Source of the DNA: Macrostomum lignano
Taxonomy: Eukaryota
NCBI GenBank assembly: GCA_002269645.1
Contig: NIVC01001373.1
Location: 238,730 to 302,729, forward strand
DNA: 64,000 nt
Direction: 5' to 3'
Each line of letters starts with the position of its first letter. The first letter of the stretch is position 1. A program made the translations under genes and the position numbers. This document shows, in pieces, positions 1 to 11,860 of the stretch. Below the pieces are notes generated by a model. The model saw only the letters and a program-made list of their open reading frames with translations. It did no database searches and was not told where the DNA came from.

Positions 1-560
1 TACTGTTAGTAGATTCTAAATAAATCTGGCTGTGAACTAAAGAAAATCAGAGATAAACCTCCATGCTCTAATTAAGGTCGTGGCAAAGACTTCATATAAA
101 AATAACACAACATTATGTTCATTCATTGTATTATTTCCCGGAACAGAATAGTCAACAATTATGAAAATAGTACACAATCATTTATTGAACATACAGGCTA
201 CTTGAATAACAGTCAGTTTTTTTGGCAAGCAAAATAGGAGAGCACCAACTATGATATAAAATCAAATTGTTCATGGGAATTTGTTTAGAGCACCAAAATG
301 ATGGAAATCTTGTCAGCTCGGTTGCAATGTGGAATAAAAAACGCACATTCTACAGACGATGATAAGCAAGTGCTAGCATTGATTTTAGTCAGTACAGAAT
401 ATATTATATTGCTCATTAGCAGTAGTAAATCAAGGTGCGCCATTAAAAGCATGCAATGGGTTTCTATAAAAGAAGCGTGTGTACAAACCACTCGGCAGCT
501 GCGGCCTGATCGATACTCCTGTAAATCAATATTAGTAATGCTTTGCTAAATTGGTATTGG

Positions 561-1010
561 GGATGAGGTGCTTCAGGAAGGAGAGGGTGAGGTTTTTCTA
601 GCGAGAGGGTGAGGTGCTTCAGGCGGGAGAGGGTGAGGTACTTCAGGCGGGAGAGGGTGAGGTGCTTCGGGCGGGAGAGGGTGAGGTGCTTCGGGCGGGA
701 GAGGGTGAGGTGCTCCAGGCGGGAGAGGGTGAAGTGCTCCAGGCGGGAGAGGGGTGAGGCGCTTCAGGCGGGAGAGGGTGAGGTGCTCCAGGCGGGAGAG
801 GGTGAGGTGCTTCAGGCGGGAGAGGGTGAGGTGCTCCAGGCGGGAGAGGGTGAGGTGCTCCAGGCGGGAGAGGGTGAGGTGCTTCAGGCGGGAGAGGGTG
901 AGGTGCTCTAGGCGGGAGAGGGTGAGGTGCTCCAGGCGGGAGAGGGTGAGGGGCAGGAGTGGGTGAGGTGTTTCTAGCGGAAGGGAGTGAGGTGCTTCAG
1001 ACAGGAAATG
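561..1010. repeat. 24-bp minisatellite (GGCGGGAGAGGGTGAGGTGCTYCA)n
   Basis: Direct tandem periodicity. Confidence 0.95.
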
Positions 1011-1563
1011 TGTCCAAGATTCAGTTGTTTCAAATAGTACACTGCAGCGGATTCTAGCCTACAGAAGGGGCTCGGGATGGAAGGCAGAGGCTAGAAAAGT
1101 GCAGGCAATTTGAAGCAGACTGGAGAAGCTGCTATAATCCATTTAGACTATAACTGAACAAACAATGGTCTAAATATTTTTCACAACAATGAGGAAGTCT
1201 TTCGGGGGGCGCAAAAACATTGGTGCATAAAAATTGAATTGAAGCGCGGGTGCACCGAACACGGAAATTGAAGGCTGTTAACAATGAAATGAAGGGAACA
1301 AATGTGCCTAGTGATGAGGAAGATAGATGCTAAATTGCAACAAAAGCAGCTGCGGGGACAGATCTCCCACGCTGAGCTCAGCGGGGTTTCACTCTTGACT
1401 GGCGCGCTGTCTGGATGAAAAAAAAGATTTCGAGTACCGGGCAAGTTCGGAACAAAAAATAAAATAATATTGCCAAAAATAGAAAAAGCCAAGCTGCTCG
1501 AGAAGAAAAGAAATCTTAGCTGCTTTTAGTTTTATTCAGTAGTTCCGGATCTGTGCGTGCGCC

Positions 1564-2967
1564 TCACGTGAGCTGCGCCGCCAGACGCTGAACCCGGCTC
1601 AGGCCGTCCATGTAGTTGAACAACTGCTTCAAGAACTCCTCGTCGTTGACGGCGCCTTCGACTCCGCTGCCGCCGCCGCCGCCGCCGCTGCACACGATCA
1701 GATTGCTGATGCCGTTGATGCCGGCCCGGAAGTACGCCTCCAGCCGGCGCAAGTGGCGCAGCAGCTGCGCGTTGTCCACGCCGGCCGGACAGGAGGCGGC
1801 CAGGCGGTTTGTCATCAAATTCTGCGGCTGCTGCGGCAGCGGCGGAGGGGGCGGCGGCGGCGGCATGGCGGATAAGTCGGCGGCGTAAGCGCGCAATGGC
1901 GGCGGCTGCTGCTGCAGCTGGTGCGGCGGGGCCACCCCCGAGGCGATGGCGGCGCTCAGCATGGCGAGAAACTCCGGGCTGTTCAACGCGGCCACGCTGC
2001 CGCCACCGGAAGACATGTTCAAGCCTGCGAGCTGCTGAACACTCGGATGACACGGCTGATGCTGCTGCGGCAGCCTCGGTGGCGGCGGCGGCGGCGGCAT
2101 CGGTATCGGAAAGGCGGCAGTCGGGGAGTCCAGCGGGTCGACCGAGGCCACATTCAACAGGCTGCCGGATGTCGGGGCGGCCTCCTCGTCATCGCCGTCG
2201 CTGTCAACGATAACGTCCTCGTCCGCCGCCTCGTCCGTCTGCTGCTGCAGCTCCTCATCTTCGGCTTCGTCTGCAACGCTGGAATGCCGCGGTCGCTTCA
2301 GCGGGGAGTCGCCGCCGCCGCCGCCATCGTCCAGTTGCCGAGGCGTCAGCGGCCATTTGACTGCGACTTCGGTCGGGGTCCCCGACGCCTGGTAGTCAGC
2401 TGAGAAATACTCGTCCTGCCCGGCAGGCGGGTGACTGTGGAACCGGCAGGCCGTGACGCGGCGCACGGAGAGCAGCCGCCTGCCGATGCTGATGGCCGTG
2501 GCCGGACAGAACCGCTTGCTGCAGCGCCAGAACACCCGGCCGTCCTTGCCTGATCGGCTCTCCGTCATCTTGTAGCCGTCGATCACGATGCTTTCCTTGT
2601 TCTTGCGGGTCACGTCCCACTTGACGCTGACTATGCCGCGGGCCTCGGCACATCGACGCTCGACAACGTCTGGACGATCGCTGGCGGCGCGTTCGGGCCG
2701 ATGATCGGTGTGTCGAACAGGCTGGGAGTGCGGTCGGTTCTGCTGCTGAACCGTCAGATCCAGCGCGTCTGACAGCATGGGGTCTTCGCCCACCTGATGC
2801 TGCGGCTGCTTCATCGCTGCTGGAACCTGCGTCGATTCGGTCGGATTCGCCGACGTTCTTGTCCCGGTTTTCTGGGGAAAATTGTCAACGAATTTGCAAT
2901 GGCCGCAATGGCGTGCAAGGTTGGCTGCCTTAGGGCTTTGGAGGGAGGGTTTGTCCTCCGAATACAC
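1564..2967 (-). CDS. FLYWCH-type zinc finger protein, single open frame of 467 aa (true start may be the Met of MKQPQ or MLSDAL)
   Basis: IVIDGYKMTESRSGKDGRVFWRCSKRFCPATAISIGRRLLSVRRVTACRFHSH (~2428-2592) fits the FLYWCH pattern (G-Y..WRC...C..HxH). It is followed by acidic, Pro/Gln-rich segments and a helical C-terminus. The composition is GC-rich and coding-like. Confidence 0.8.
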   Translation of the reverse strand: MYSEDKPSLQSPKAANLARHCGHCKFVDNFPQKTGTRTSANPTESTQVPAAMKQPQHQVGEDPMLSDALDLTVQQQNRPHSQPVRHTDHRPERAASDRPDVVERRCAEARGIVSVKWDVTRKNKESIVIDGYKMTESRSGKDGRVFWRCSKRFCPATAISIGRRLLSVRRVTACRFHSHPPAGQDEYFSADYQASGTPTEVAVKWPLTPRQLDDGGGGGDSPLKRPRHSSVADEAEDEELQQQTDEAADEDVIVDSDGDDEEAAPTSGSLLNVASVDPLDSPTAAFPIPMPPPPPPPRLPQQHQPCHPSVQQLAGLNMSSGGGSVAALNSPEFLAMLSAAIASGVAPPHQLQQQPPPLRAYAADLSAMPPPPPPPPLPQQPQNLMTNRLAASCPAGVDNAQLLRHLRRLEAYFRAGINGISNLIVCSGGGGGGSGVEGAVNDEEFLKQLFNYMDGLSRVQRLAAQLT

Positions 2968-3834
2968 CGCTGTGATATGAACTTGGCTCCCAGACTATAT
3001 CTCTCTCTCTCTCCAACAGAGCCTGTCAAAAGCGGCTGAGGCTCTGGCGGGAGGAGGTTGGGGCCTCTGGCGAAAAAAACTGCTTTGCACGGAATTCTCT
3101 CTCCCGCTGTGTGTTGCCCTGCCGGCCCACCGCCGACCAATCCGGTTCCTGAAGCGAACCCCCAGCGCATTCAGACCTTTTTAAAGTGGGTCTTTGTTCC
3201 GGCTGGGCCCCACCCACCCCCCCCCTCCATCGGTTGTGGGAGCCGCCAACTTAGCCATACTTACTGCTACTACTATGACTGCTACGTAAGTTTTTTAAAG
3301 GAGGCCGGGTGGGTTGGACGGCTCCCACGACGGAGTTTAATACGGACTTGGGGGGGGGTAGGGAGAGGGGCCGAGCATCAATATAGTCAAATTCTTGTCT
3401 CGACCCGCTATCAACCCATTCGTATCAGTTTGTCTAAGCGAGGACGAAAAGAAAAAAGAGTTCTGTGTGTGTGTGCCTGTCCGTGTGTTCGTGTGTGTGT
3501 GTGTGCTTCCAACACACATCCGGGTGCTGCGTTCTTGAATGCTGTACGAGTACGATGTGTTCAGGTATCGCTTTCTTAATACCGAAATTTCACAATGCCC
3601 AAAGACACCTGCCTTCACAAGACCGAAAATTATTTTTCTAAAAGAGCATAGAAACTATTGGAGGCTGGGGCTATGCAATAAAACGATGAAAAAATTATTA
3701 ATTATGTCGATGATTATTAAAATCAAAACTATTTTCAACAATCGACAAACTTGAATTATACCCGTTATTCTTACTATTGTCCTTCTGTTGTGCGCTGTCT
3801 TAGATTTAAACTAGGTTAAAGTTCATTACGAGCC

Positions 3835-4440
3835 AGATTAGGCGCCACCCCCCCCACTCACCCACCAGTCCTTCATTAGATAAGGCGCCCCCCACTCACC
3901 CATCAGTCCTTCATTAGATAAGGCGCCCCCCCCACTCACCCATCAGTCCTTCATTAGATAAGGCGCCCCCACTCACCCATCAGTCCTTCATTAGATAAAG
4001 CGCCCCCACTCACCCACCAGTCCTTCATTACATAAGGCGCCCCCCCACTCACCCATCAGTCCTTCATTACATAAGGCGCCCCCCACTCACCCATCAGTCC
4101 TTCATTACATAAGGCGCCCCCACTCACCCACCAGTCCTTCATTACATAAGGCGCTCCCCCCACTCACCCATCAGTCCTTCATTACATAAGGCGCCCCCCC
4201 CACTCACCCCCACTCATCTACCAGTCCTTCATTAGATAAGGCGCCACCACCCCCACTCACCCCCACTCATCTACCAGTCCTTCATTAGATAAGGCGCCAC
4301 CACCCCCACTCACCCCCACTCATCTACCAGTCCTTCATTAGATAAGGCGCCACCACCCCCACTCACCCCCACTCATCTACCAGTCCTTCATTAGAAAAGG
4401 CGCCACCACCCCCACTCACCCACCAGTCCTTCATTAGAAC
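3835..4440. repeat. ~38-50-bp minisatellite (CAGTCCTTCATTAGATAAGGCGCCCCCCACTCACCCAY)n
   Basis: Direct tandem periodicity with a variable C-tract. Confidence 0.95.
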
Positions 4441-5179
4441 ATGCGCCTACCCGAAACTTTTAATTAAGTCAGGATTTGCTATACGTGTGCTCGAAAACCA
4501 ATTCACACGCTGAGAATGAAACAGGATAAAATGAGTCTACTACTATCAATGCAGACACAAGTGACAACTGGATTCAATCGTGCACAGATAAGAACAGGCA
4601 GACAGCCGCAGACTGCTCAAACAGATGCAGTCGTTAAGATAAGCCACGCAGGCCCTTCTGCTTCAGGACGAACCAAGGAGAGAAATGGCTGCTGCCAGAC
4701 AGAGCAGCGACAGGCCACGGCAAGGAGTTGCATGCCAATTTGCCGCAATGACAAGCCCCGCAGGCCCACTGTGCCCACACCGAGCGCTGACTCAGCTCTC
4801 TCTGTTCGGCGCATGGCAACTAAAAACACTCATATTGAGTTTTTTCATAAGCTGAATAATTCCAGTGTAAATTTTATTACGATCTCTCTGGTCAAACAAT
4901 CGACTACCTTGATTAGCAAAGCGGGCTCTCACCCCCGACCCCCATATTATAGAATATAGTAGCTGCTATCGGGGCCGCCCTGCTGCTCTGATATGCAGGT
5001 TGGAGTCTTTCGGGTCCTGGCAAAGCATTGAACTTGTTGAGTAGAACGAGATTCCCGGTGCCCGTGTTTAGATAAGATTTTTTACAGCAAATAGTAGCTT
5101 TGAGAGCTTCTATCTTTTGAATTTTAACAGTAGCAACAACTAGAGACAAATTTCACAAATGTATGTTCCGATAGTTGAG

Positions 5180-5705
5180 GCTCGGGGCGACTTTGCGGGG
5201 AGATTCTGTGCTAGGGGCGATTTTTAATGGGAGATTCCCTGCAAGGGGCGATTTTTTATAGTAGAGTCCCTGCTAGGGGCGATTTTTAATGGGAGATTCT
5301 CTGCAAGGGGCGATTTTTTATGGGATATTCCCTACCAGGGACGGTTTTTATGGGATATTCCCTGCCAGGGACGATTTTTTATGGGAAATTCCCTGCCAGG
5401 GACGATTTTTTAGGAGATTCTCAGGCGATTTTGTGGGAGATTCTCTGCTAGGGCGATTACGCGTAGGATATTCTCCGCTAAGGGCGATTTTTTATGGGAG
5501 ATTCCCTGCTAGGGGCGATTTTTAATGGGAGATTTCCTGCCAAGGGCGATTCTTATGGGAGATTCTCTGCTAGGGGGAGATTTTTTATGGGAGATTCTCT
5601 GATAGGGGCGATTTTTTATGGGAGATTCTCTGCTAGGGGGCGATTTGTGGGGGAGATTCTCTGCTAGGGGCGATTTGTATGGGAGATTCTCTGGTATAGG
5701 CGATT
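5180..5705. repeat. ~30-bp minisatellite (GGGAGATTCYCTGCTAGGGGCGATTTTTTAT)n
   Basis: Degenerate tandem copies. Confidence 0.9.
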
Positions 5706-6867
5706 TTGTATAAGAGTACTCTGTTCTAGGAGTACACTGTACTGTACTCTGTGCTGTACTGTACTAGGAGTACACGGAGCCCTTTTGCAGTATTGCTTTG
5801 GCGTCCCTGACCCTGACGCCGACTCAACAAATAAAACTAAATGAGGCCCTCTGAATAAAAGTGGCGCCCCTCAGCCGACATGGCGCGCCCCACAGCAATA
5901 AAAATGCATTGGTAGGCAGTGGGTGGGTGCTTTCCTACATGTCAAAGACATACAGATTTCGAACCATCCAGCGAGACAGCTCAGCTATATAATAAACAAA
6001 TAAGCCGCACAAGTCAGCTCAAATCTATAAGTGAATCGGACTGGGGCGCGGGGCAACTCCCGAAATTTGATGCGGGAAGTCAAGGAGGCTCAGAATCAGG
6101 ACTTGGAGTAGTTGCTACTCTTCCCTTACCCTCCCCCTCGAATTTTCAGACAATTCGAGGCCGACATAATCTTTTTTACTTCATCATAACTTCATGAGAG
6201 GGTGAGAGATGATGAGAGGTTTTTGGAATCACCTGCGGTTTGAATCACCTATTTATGTCATTCCTCATATTCAGACTATGCGCTGAAGTATGGTGAAATG
6301 GCGAAATTGAAACCGCGAGTCAGTCTTCCGCCCCCAATCCAGGTGCCCTCTATGCGAGCTCCTTGTCCGGCAGTCCCGGATTCGGGACACGAGAATTTCC
6401 CCGATCTTGACTACCATCTGTCGTTGGGAAAAGGCATCTATTTATTACTATAGTAGCAACCAACTGAAGGCTGCGGGCCAGCGTGGGAAATGCGATGAGC
6501 TTGTCAGGCGGGTGATTTATTGCTCTAATAACCAGCCCCTACTCAAATTGTTGTGCCTGTTATTCTATAAACAGAACACAACAGAGCTGCGCCACTTAAA
6601 CAGCTCAATCCACTGTATCCAAACTGGAGGGGCGACCAGACACTAAGGATGTCGTCAGATCGGAATTCGATTGAGTTTTTTAACAACATTAGTAGATTAC
6701 TCAAGAACAGCGGCACAACAGAGATGAATTGGGACCTGATTTCAAATTTATATCCATCGTTTGAAGCCGTAGATTTTATATACGCTCGTTGTAATGCAAG
6801 CCAAATGGTAAAAGTGAGATGCAGCGAGGGAACCACAGATCGGAAAGATAGGGAGTGATCACAGCCA

Positions 6868-6900
6868 CAGACAGACAGACAGACAGACAGACGGACACTA

Positions 6901-6970
<70 letters not shown>

Positions 6971-6972
6971 TA

Positions 6973-7005
<33 letters not shown>

Positions 7006-7006
7006 C

Positions 7007-7085
<79 letters not shown>

Positions 7086-7190
7086 CACAGACAGACAGAC
7101 AGACACTAAGACAGACAGACAGACAGACAGACACTAAGACAGACAGACAGACAATAAGACAGGCAGGCAGACAGGCAGACAGACAGAGAA
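6868..7190. repeat. (GACA)n microsatellite with CACTAA/CAATAA interruptions
   Basis: Seen directly. Confidence 0.97.
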
Positions 7191-7749
7191 ACTAACAAAT
7201 AAAAAGGATGCAAATATTTTAACTCAGATTAACAAAGCAAAATAGTTAAATAAAAAGTACCAGATAAGTAATTTACGGTGTTGACAAAAGAAAAGAGGCA
7301 GTCGATTCGCGCTGAATGTAAAATTTATTTAACTTTTATTTCACCTTCACGCATCACCGATATTCACAGACATGAATACAAAACCAGTGATAAAAAAGCG
7401 GCACCACCAGACTCTGTGTGGTAAGAGCGAGTCAGTAGGGAAGAAATGAAATACAAAAATGCAAAAAAAATATACTCGTATTTGAGTCAACAGTTACGGC
7501 CAACCATTCACATGCACGCAGTACCTACTTTATTAGGCTTGACAGTAAAAACACGTACAGATACGTGACGAGTCAGCAGAAAAGCGGGTGTTTAGCTTTT
7601 TCATCGTAATTAAAAGCAGTGTTTCGCAAATGCATCAACTACTGGCAGTAGCACACAAAGGATTTTATGTAGAGTAAAAAGTCCGTCAGCGTTAATTACA
7701 AGGGGCGGCTAAAAGCAGATCCGAAAGGGGGTAATAGTGGCCAATACTA

Positions 7750-8296
7750 TGGGATCAGGGGGCGGATACTGGCGGATCAGGGGCGGATACTGGCGGATGG
7801 AAGCGGATACTGGCGGATCAGGGGCGGATACTGGCGGATCAGGGGCGGATACTGGCGGATGGGGGCGGATACTGGCGGATCAGGGGCGGATACTGGCGGA
7901 TCAGGGGCGGATACTGGCGGATCGGGGGCGGATCGGGGGGGGGGCTGATACTGGCGGATTGGGGGGCGGATACTGGCAGATCAGGGGAGCGGATACTAGC
8001 AGTTCAGGGGCGGATACTGGCGGTTCAGGGGGCGGATGCTGGTGGTTCAGGGGGCGGATACTGGCGGTTCAGGGGGCGGATGCTGGCGGTTCAGGGGGCG
8101 GATACTGGCGGTTCAGGGGGCGGATACTGGCGCTTCAGGGGGCGGATACTGGCGGTTCAGGGGGCGGATACTGGCGCTTCAGGGGGCGGATACTGGCGCT
8201 TCAGGGGGCGGATACTGGCGGTTCAGGGGCGGATACTGGCGCTTCAGGGGGCGGATACTGGCGGTTCAGGGGGCGGATACTGGCGGTTCAGGGGGC
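7750..8296. repeat. 21-22-bp minisatellite (GGCGGATACTGGCGGWTCAGGG)n starting right after the LMAN2 stop codon
   Basis: Seen directly. Confidence 0.95.
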
Positions 8297-8297
8297 T

Positions 8298-11200
8298 TCA
8301 GTAGAAGCGGCTCCGCTGCCTCAGAATTCGGTATCGAGCCCAGGCCAGGCCAGTCACGCAGGCAGCAGCCGCTAGCAGGGCCAGCCAGAAGGCAGAGAGG
8401 ACGCCACCGCTGTCTCCGCCGCTGGCTGCTAAATGGGCATCGGTGAGTGAGCCGGGACGCACCGAGTGCAGAGGGTCGCCGAGTTCTGAAGAGAAGTGGG
8501 AGGGTGAGAGAGGGTGAGGGAGAGGTGTAAGTGAGCTAGAAAGAATTGAGTGAAGGGTAGAGAGATTAGACTAAACAAAAATTTTAGCCAATGCTTCGAA
8601 GACATGAATTGATTAACTTCTAATTAACTAAAATTAGAGGCATCTAAGCTACTGCAAGTAGCGCGAATGCACAGATGAACACTCACCGCCTTTCTCCTTA
8701 GCGAGAGGGTCGATTTCCGGCACAATCTGTCTGCGAGTGCCGCTGTAGTCGTCTGGATTCAGCGTCTGGCGATGTGGGAAAGAAATTATTCACCTGATTA
8801 TTGGCTGTGACCTGGGTTTGGGTACCTTTTAGAGTGGGGCGCCTCCTCAGATAAGAGCGCCTCCTCATTTAAGGGCGCCTCATCAGAGTGGGGTGCCTCT
8901 TCGAATAAGGGTGCCTCCTCAGATAAGGGTGCCTCCTCAGATAAGGGCGCCTCCTCAGATAAGGGCGCCTCCTCAGATAAGGGCGCCTCCTCAGATAAGG
9001 GCGCCTCCTCAGATAAGGGCACCTCCTCAGATAAGGGCACCTCCTCAGATAAGGGCACCTCCTCAGATAAGGAAGGGCACCTCCTCAGATAAGGGCACCT
9101 ACTCAGATAAGGGCACCTCCTCAGATAAGGGCACCTCCTCAGATAAGGGCACCTCCTCAGATAAGGGCACCTCCTCAGATAAGGGCGCCTCCTCAGATAA
9201 GGGCGCCTCCTCAGATAAGGGCGCCTCATCAGAGAAAGACGCTTCATCAGAGTTGGCGCCTCGTCAGAGTGGGGCGCCTTCTCAACAGTGGGAGCCTCCC
9301 TCCTCAGTAGGGCGCCGCTCCCTCCAAGCCAGCAGAGTCACGAACTCAACGCACCGACTCAACTTCGTAGACCTTAGCCGCCAGAATTTCGTGATTGTCA
9401 ACCAGTTCGCCCGTCATAGCGCTCAGCCCGAACATCAGGTGAGTTGGCAGGCGGACGCCTCGGACGCGAAAGCAAATCCGCCAGATGCCCGGCTCGGAGG
9501 TGCCGCCCCAGCCGTCGCCTTCATCGTCGGTAACTTTAGTGTAGACGGTCAAAACGTCGTCGACGTAGCGAACGGCGAGGTGCGTCTCGCCCTGGCGATT
9601 GCGGAAACTGCAATAAGAAATTCATAATAAACTTGTCGATATCGGTTGTTGAATATTCCAATGACTCTACTGATATAAGCCATATAAGTAGTGCTACTAG
9701 CGCATGCGCGAGAAATTAGTAAAAAAAACAGAAAAAATAGAGTGAAGCATTACTTCACTGTGCAGCCGGCCGGTTCCTTCTGTTCGCCGTCGTCATCGTG
9801 CGAAAATTCCAAACTGCCGTTGTTGACGATGGCCGATATGTAGGGGTGAAAACGGCCTTGCTCAGGGCCGTGCGCATTGCTGTAGGTGTCAAGCAGAACA
9901 GCCAGGCCACGAAATCGGCTGGGGCCACCGAACAGCGGCCCGGGGAATCCCCGGGGGAATCCCGCACCTGGGATTCCCTTGGCATCTGCATACCAGAAGG
10001 CAAAGCCGTCGCCGCAGTGACCATCAGCAGTGCCGTGGACTCGGAAGTGGACACGCACCTCCCAGTGTCGGATGTGGACGGGCAGACGGCTGACAATGGC
10101 ACCCCGCTGTGACTGCCTGTCGGCTGTCAGCTGGACAAAGTCGTCGCCAGAGATCGCAGCACTGCCAGAGAGACTCCATGAACCTTTTGGGGATATGGAA
10201 ATATAGGAAATATGGAAAGAAAAGTCTAGCGATTTATATCACACTTAGGACTGACACAAGTCACAGTGGGATCCATAAGAATTACCCGCCAAGATTTACC
10301 TGCAGTGCAATTTGCCTGTGAGTGAATTGCCCACGAGTTTTTCTGAGGTTACTGAGGTTTGCCTGCAATTCTTTTTCCTGCAGCACATTTAGCCACAGCA
10401 GATTTTGTCTGCCTTGCCTTCCCAATGCTTAGTAAGTCTTAATAAAGAGATTTACCCAATCAAAACATTTTGATAGTAACTGCATATCAAATTCATATTT
10501 TTCCTGTACCTGGTAGGTATTCAGGGGTACATGCAAGGGTACATTGGTGAGGTATTAATTTATGCATATGTTGCATTGCTTTGTCTCCAAATCTCTTTAT
10601 TAAAACTTATATAGTACTAAGCATTAGGGGAGGCAATTCAGACAGAATCTTAGCTTCTATATGGCTAAATGCATTGCAGTAAAAAAGCATTGTGGGCAAA
10701 CCTTGATAGAAAAAAATCTAGCAGATAATTTGCTTGTAGGTAGGGCAATTCATTTGTGAGCAAATTGCACTGCAAACAATTCTTGGTAGGGTAAATCTTA
10801 ATAGGCAATTTGCTCATAGGCAAAATACACTGTAGGCAAATCTTGGTAAGAAAAGCTTTATGGGAAAATCTCGGCAAACAATTTTTCTGCAGGCAATTCT
10901 AGTATGTCATAAATATATAGGGCATCAAACAAATGCAAATAACAATAAGTGGAGTCAATAGGATACTTAAAATCCAAAGCAAGTTTTTTTAAAAAACTTA
11001 TCAATGAAAAATAAAGTTATATTTTAATTAAATCAATAGTAATTGAAAGTCAAAATCATAGTTTAAGCACTTATAAGGCTTGATATATCAAAGTGATAGT
11101 AAATTTTGACATTATTATTAATATTATCATTCTAATGTTCAAAAAGAAAACTTTATATGATAAATTATTTCCTTTTAACACTGCGAAACAGTTTACTAAG

Positions 11201-11860
11201 CATAGATCATATAGTCATAGATAATTGTAAAATAAAACCAAAAAGAATAGATTTAGTGACTATTCTATTATAAAAAATATATATATATATACAATAATAT
11301 AATATCATAATAATTATATATAAGTCTAAAATTCTTTCTTAAAATGAAAGTTTCCTGTCAAGAAACTATATTTGATAGAAAAATTTGACTTAAAAATAGT
11401 TATATAGAACTATTGCTATGAGCAATCAATTAAGTGTGACCAATCCTATTTATTATATAGGTATTTTTTGTTTCTATTTTTATCAATATATATTAGACAA
11501 AAGTGAAAGCTTAAAAAATAAACAATATATAGAGGCTCAAAAAGAAAATGTTAGCAAGTTTAAATGAAGTAACTATGAGGGTGCTTTTATAAAGACAATC
11601 TTACCTTGGTATGGCTTCATCAAGGAATATTCTTTCCTTAGGAAAAATGATGGAGACATGCCATTTGAAATGTCTTGCAGCTCATCATTGGCATTACTAA
11701 AATCTGAACTACACTGTGTTGGCAATATGAAAAGATTAATTCCTAACATAATGGCAAACACAAAACTTAAAGTAGTATCCCAAATGACCCTAGGACTCGG
11801 AGTGGTTTTGCCATTGGAACGAAATGAACACAAGTCAGAAGTTACGAGTAATAAGTGCAT
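8298..11860 (-). CDS. LMAN2: VIP36/LMAN2-like L-type (legume-like) lectin, type I membrane cargo receptor, ~382 aa, 5 exons
   Basis: Exons 11860-11605, 10183-9754, 9607-9355, 8765-8687 and 8428-8298 join in frame with GT-AG sites (1149 nt). Motifs: hydrophobic N-terminal segment, FLRKEYSLMKPYQG, HCGDGFAFWY, DTYSN, PYISAIVNNGSLEFSHDDDG, TGELVDNHEI, a TM helix (VLSAFWLALLAAAACVTGLAWA) and tail RQRSRFY*, like the VIP36/LMAN2L KRFY end. The start codon choice is uncertain. Confidence 0.9.
8830..9270. repeat. 18-bp minisatellite (CAGATAAGGGCRCCTCCT)n filling LMAN2 intron 3
   Basis: Seen directly. Confidence 0.95.

Noticed and set aside
6200-6860. Non-repetitive, coding-looking stretch before the GACA array
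   Set aside because: Only short ORFs and no motif I can assign; may be a decayed transposon
7737-9627. Gly-rich and repeat ORFs on the + strand
   Set aside because: Minisatellite translations and antisense of LMAN2 exons
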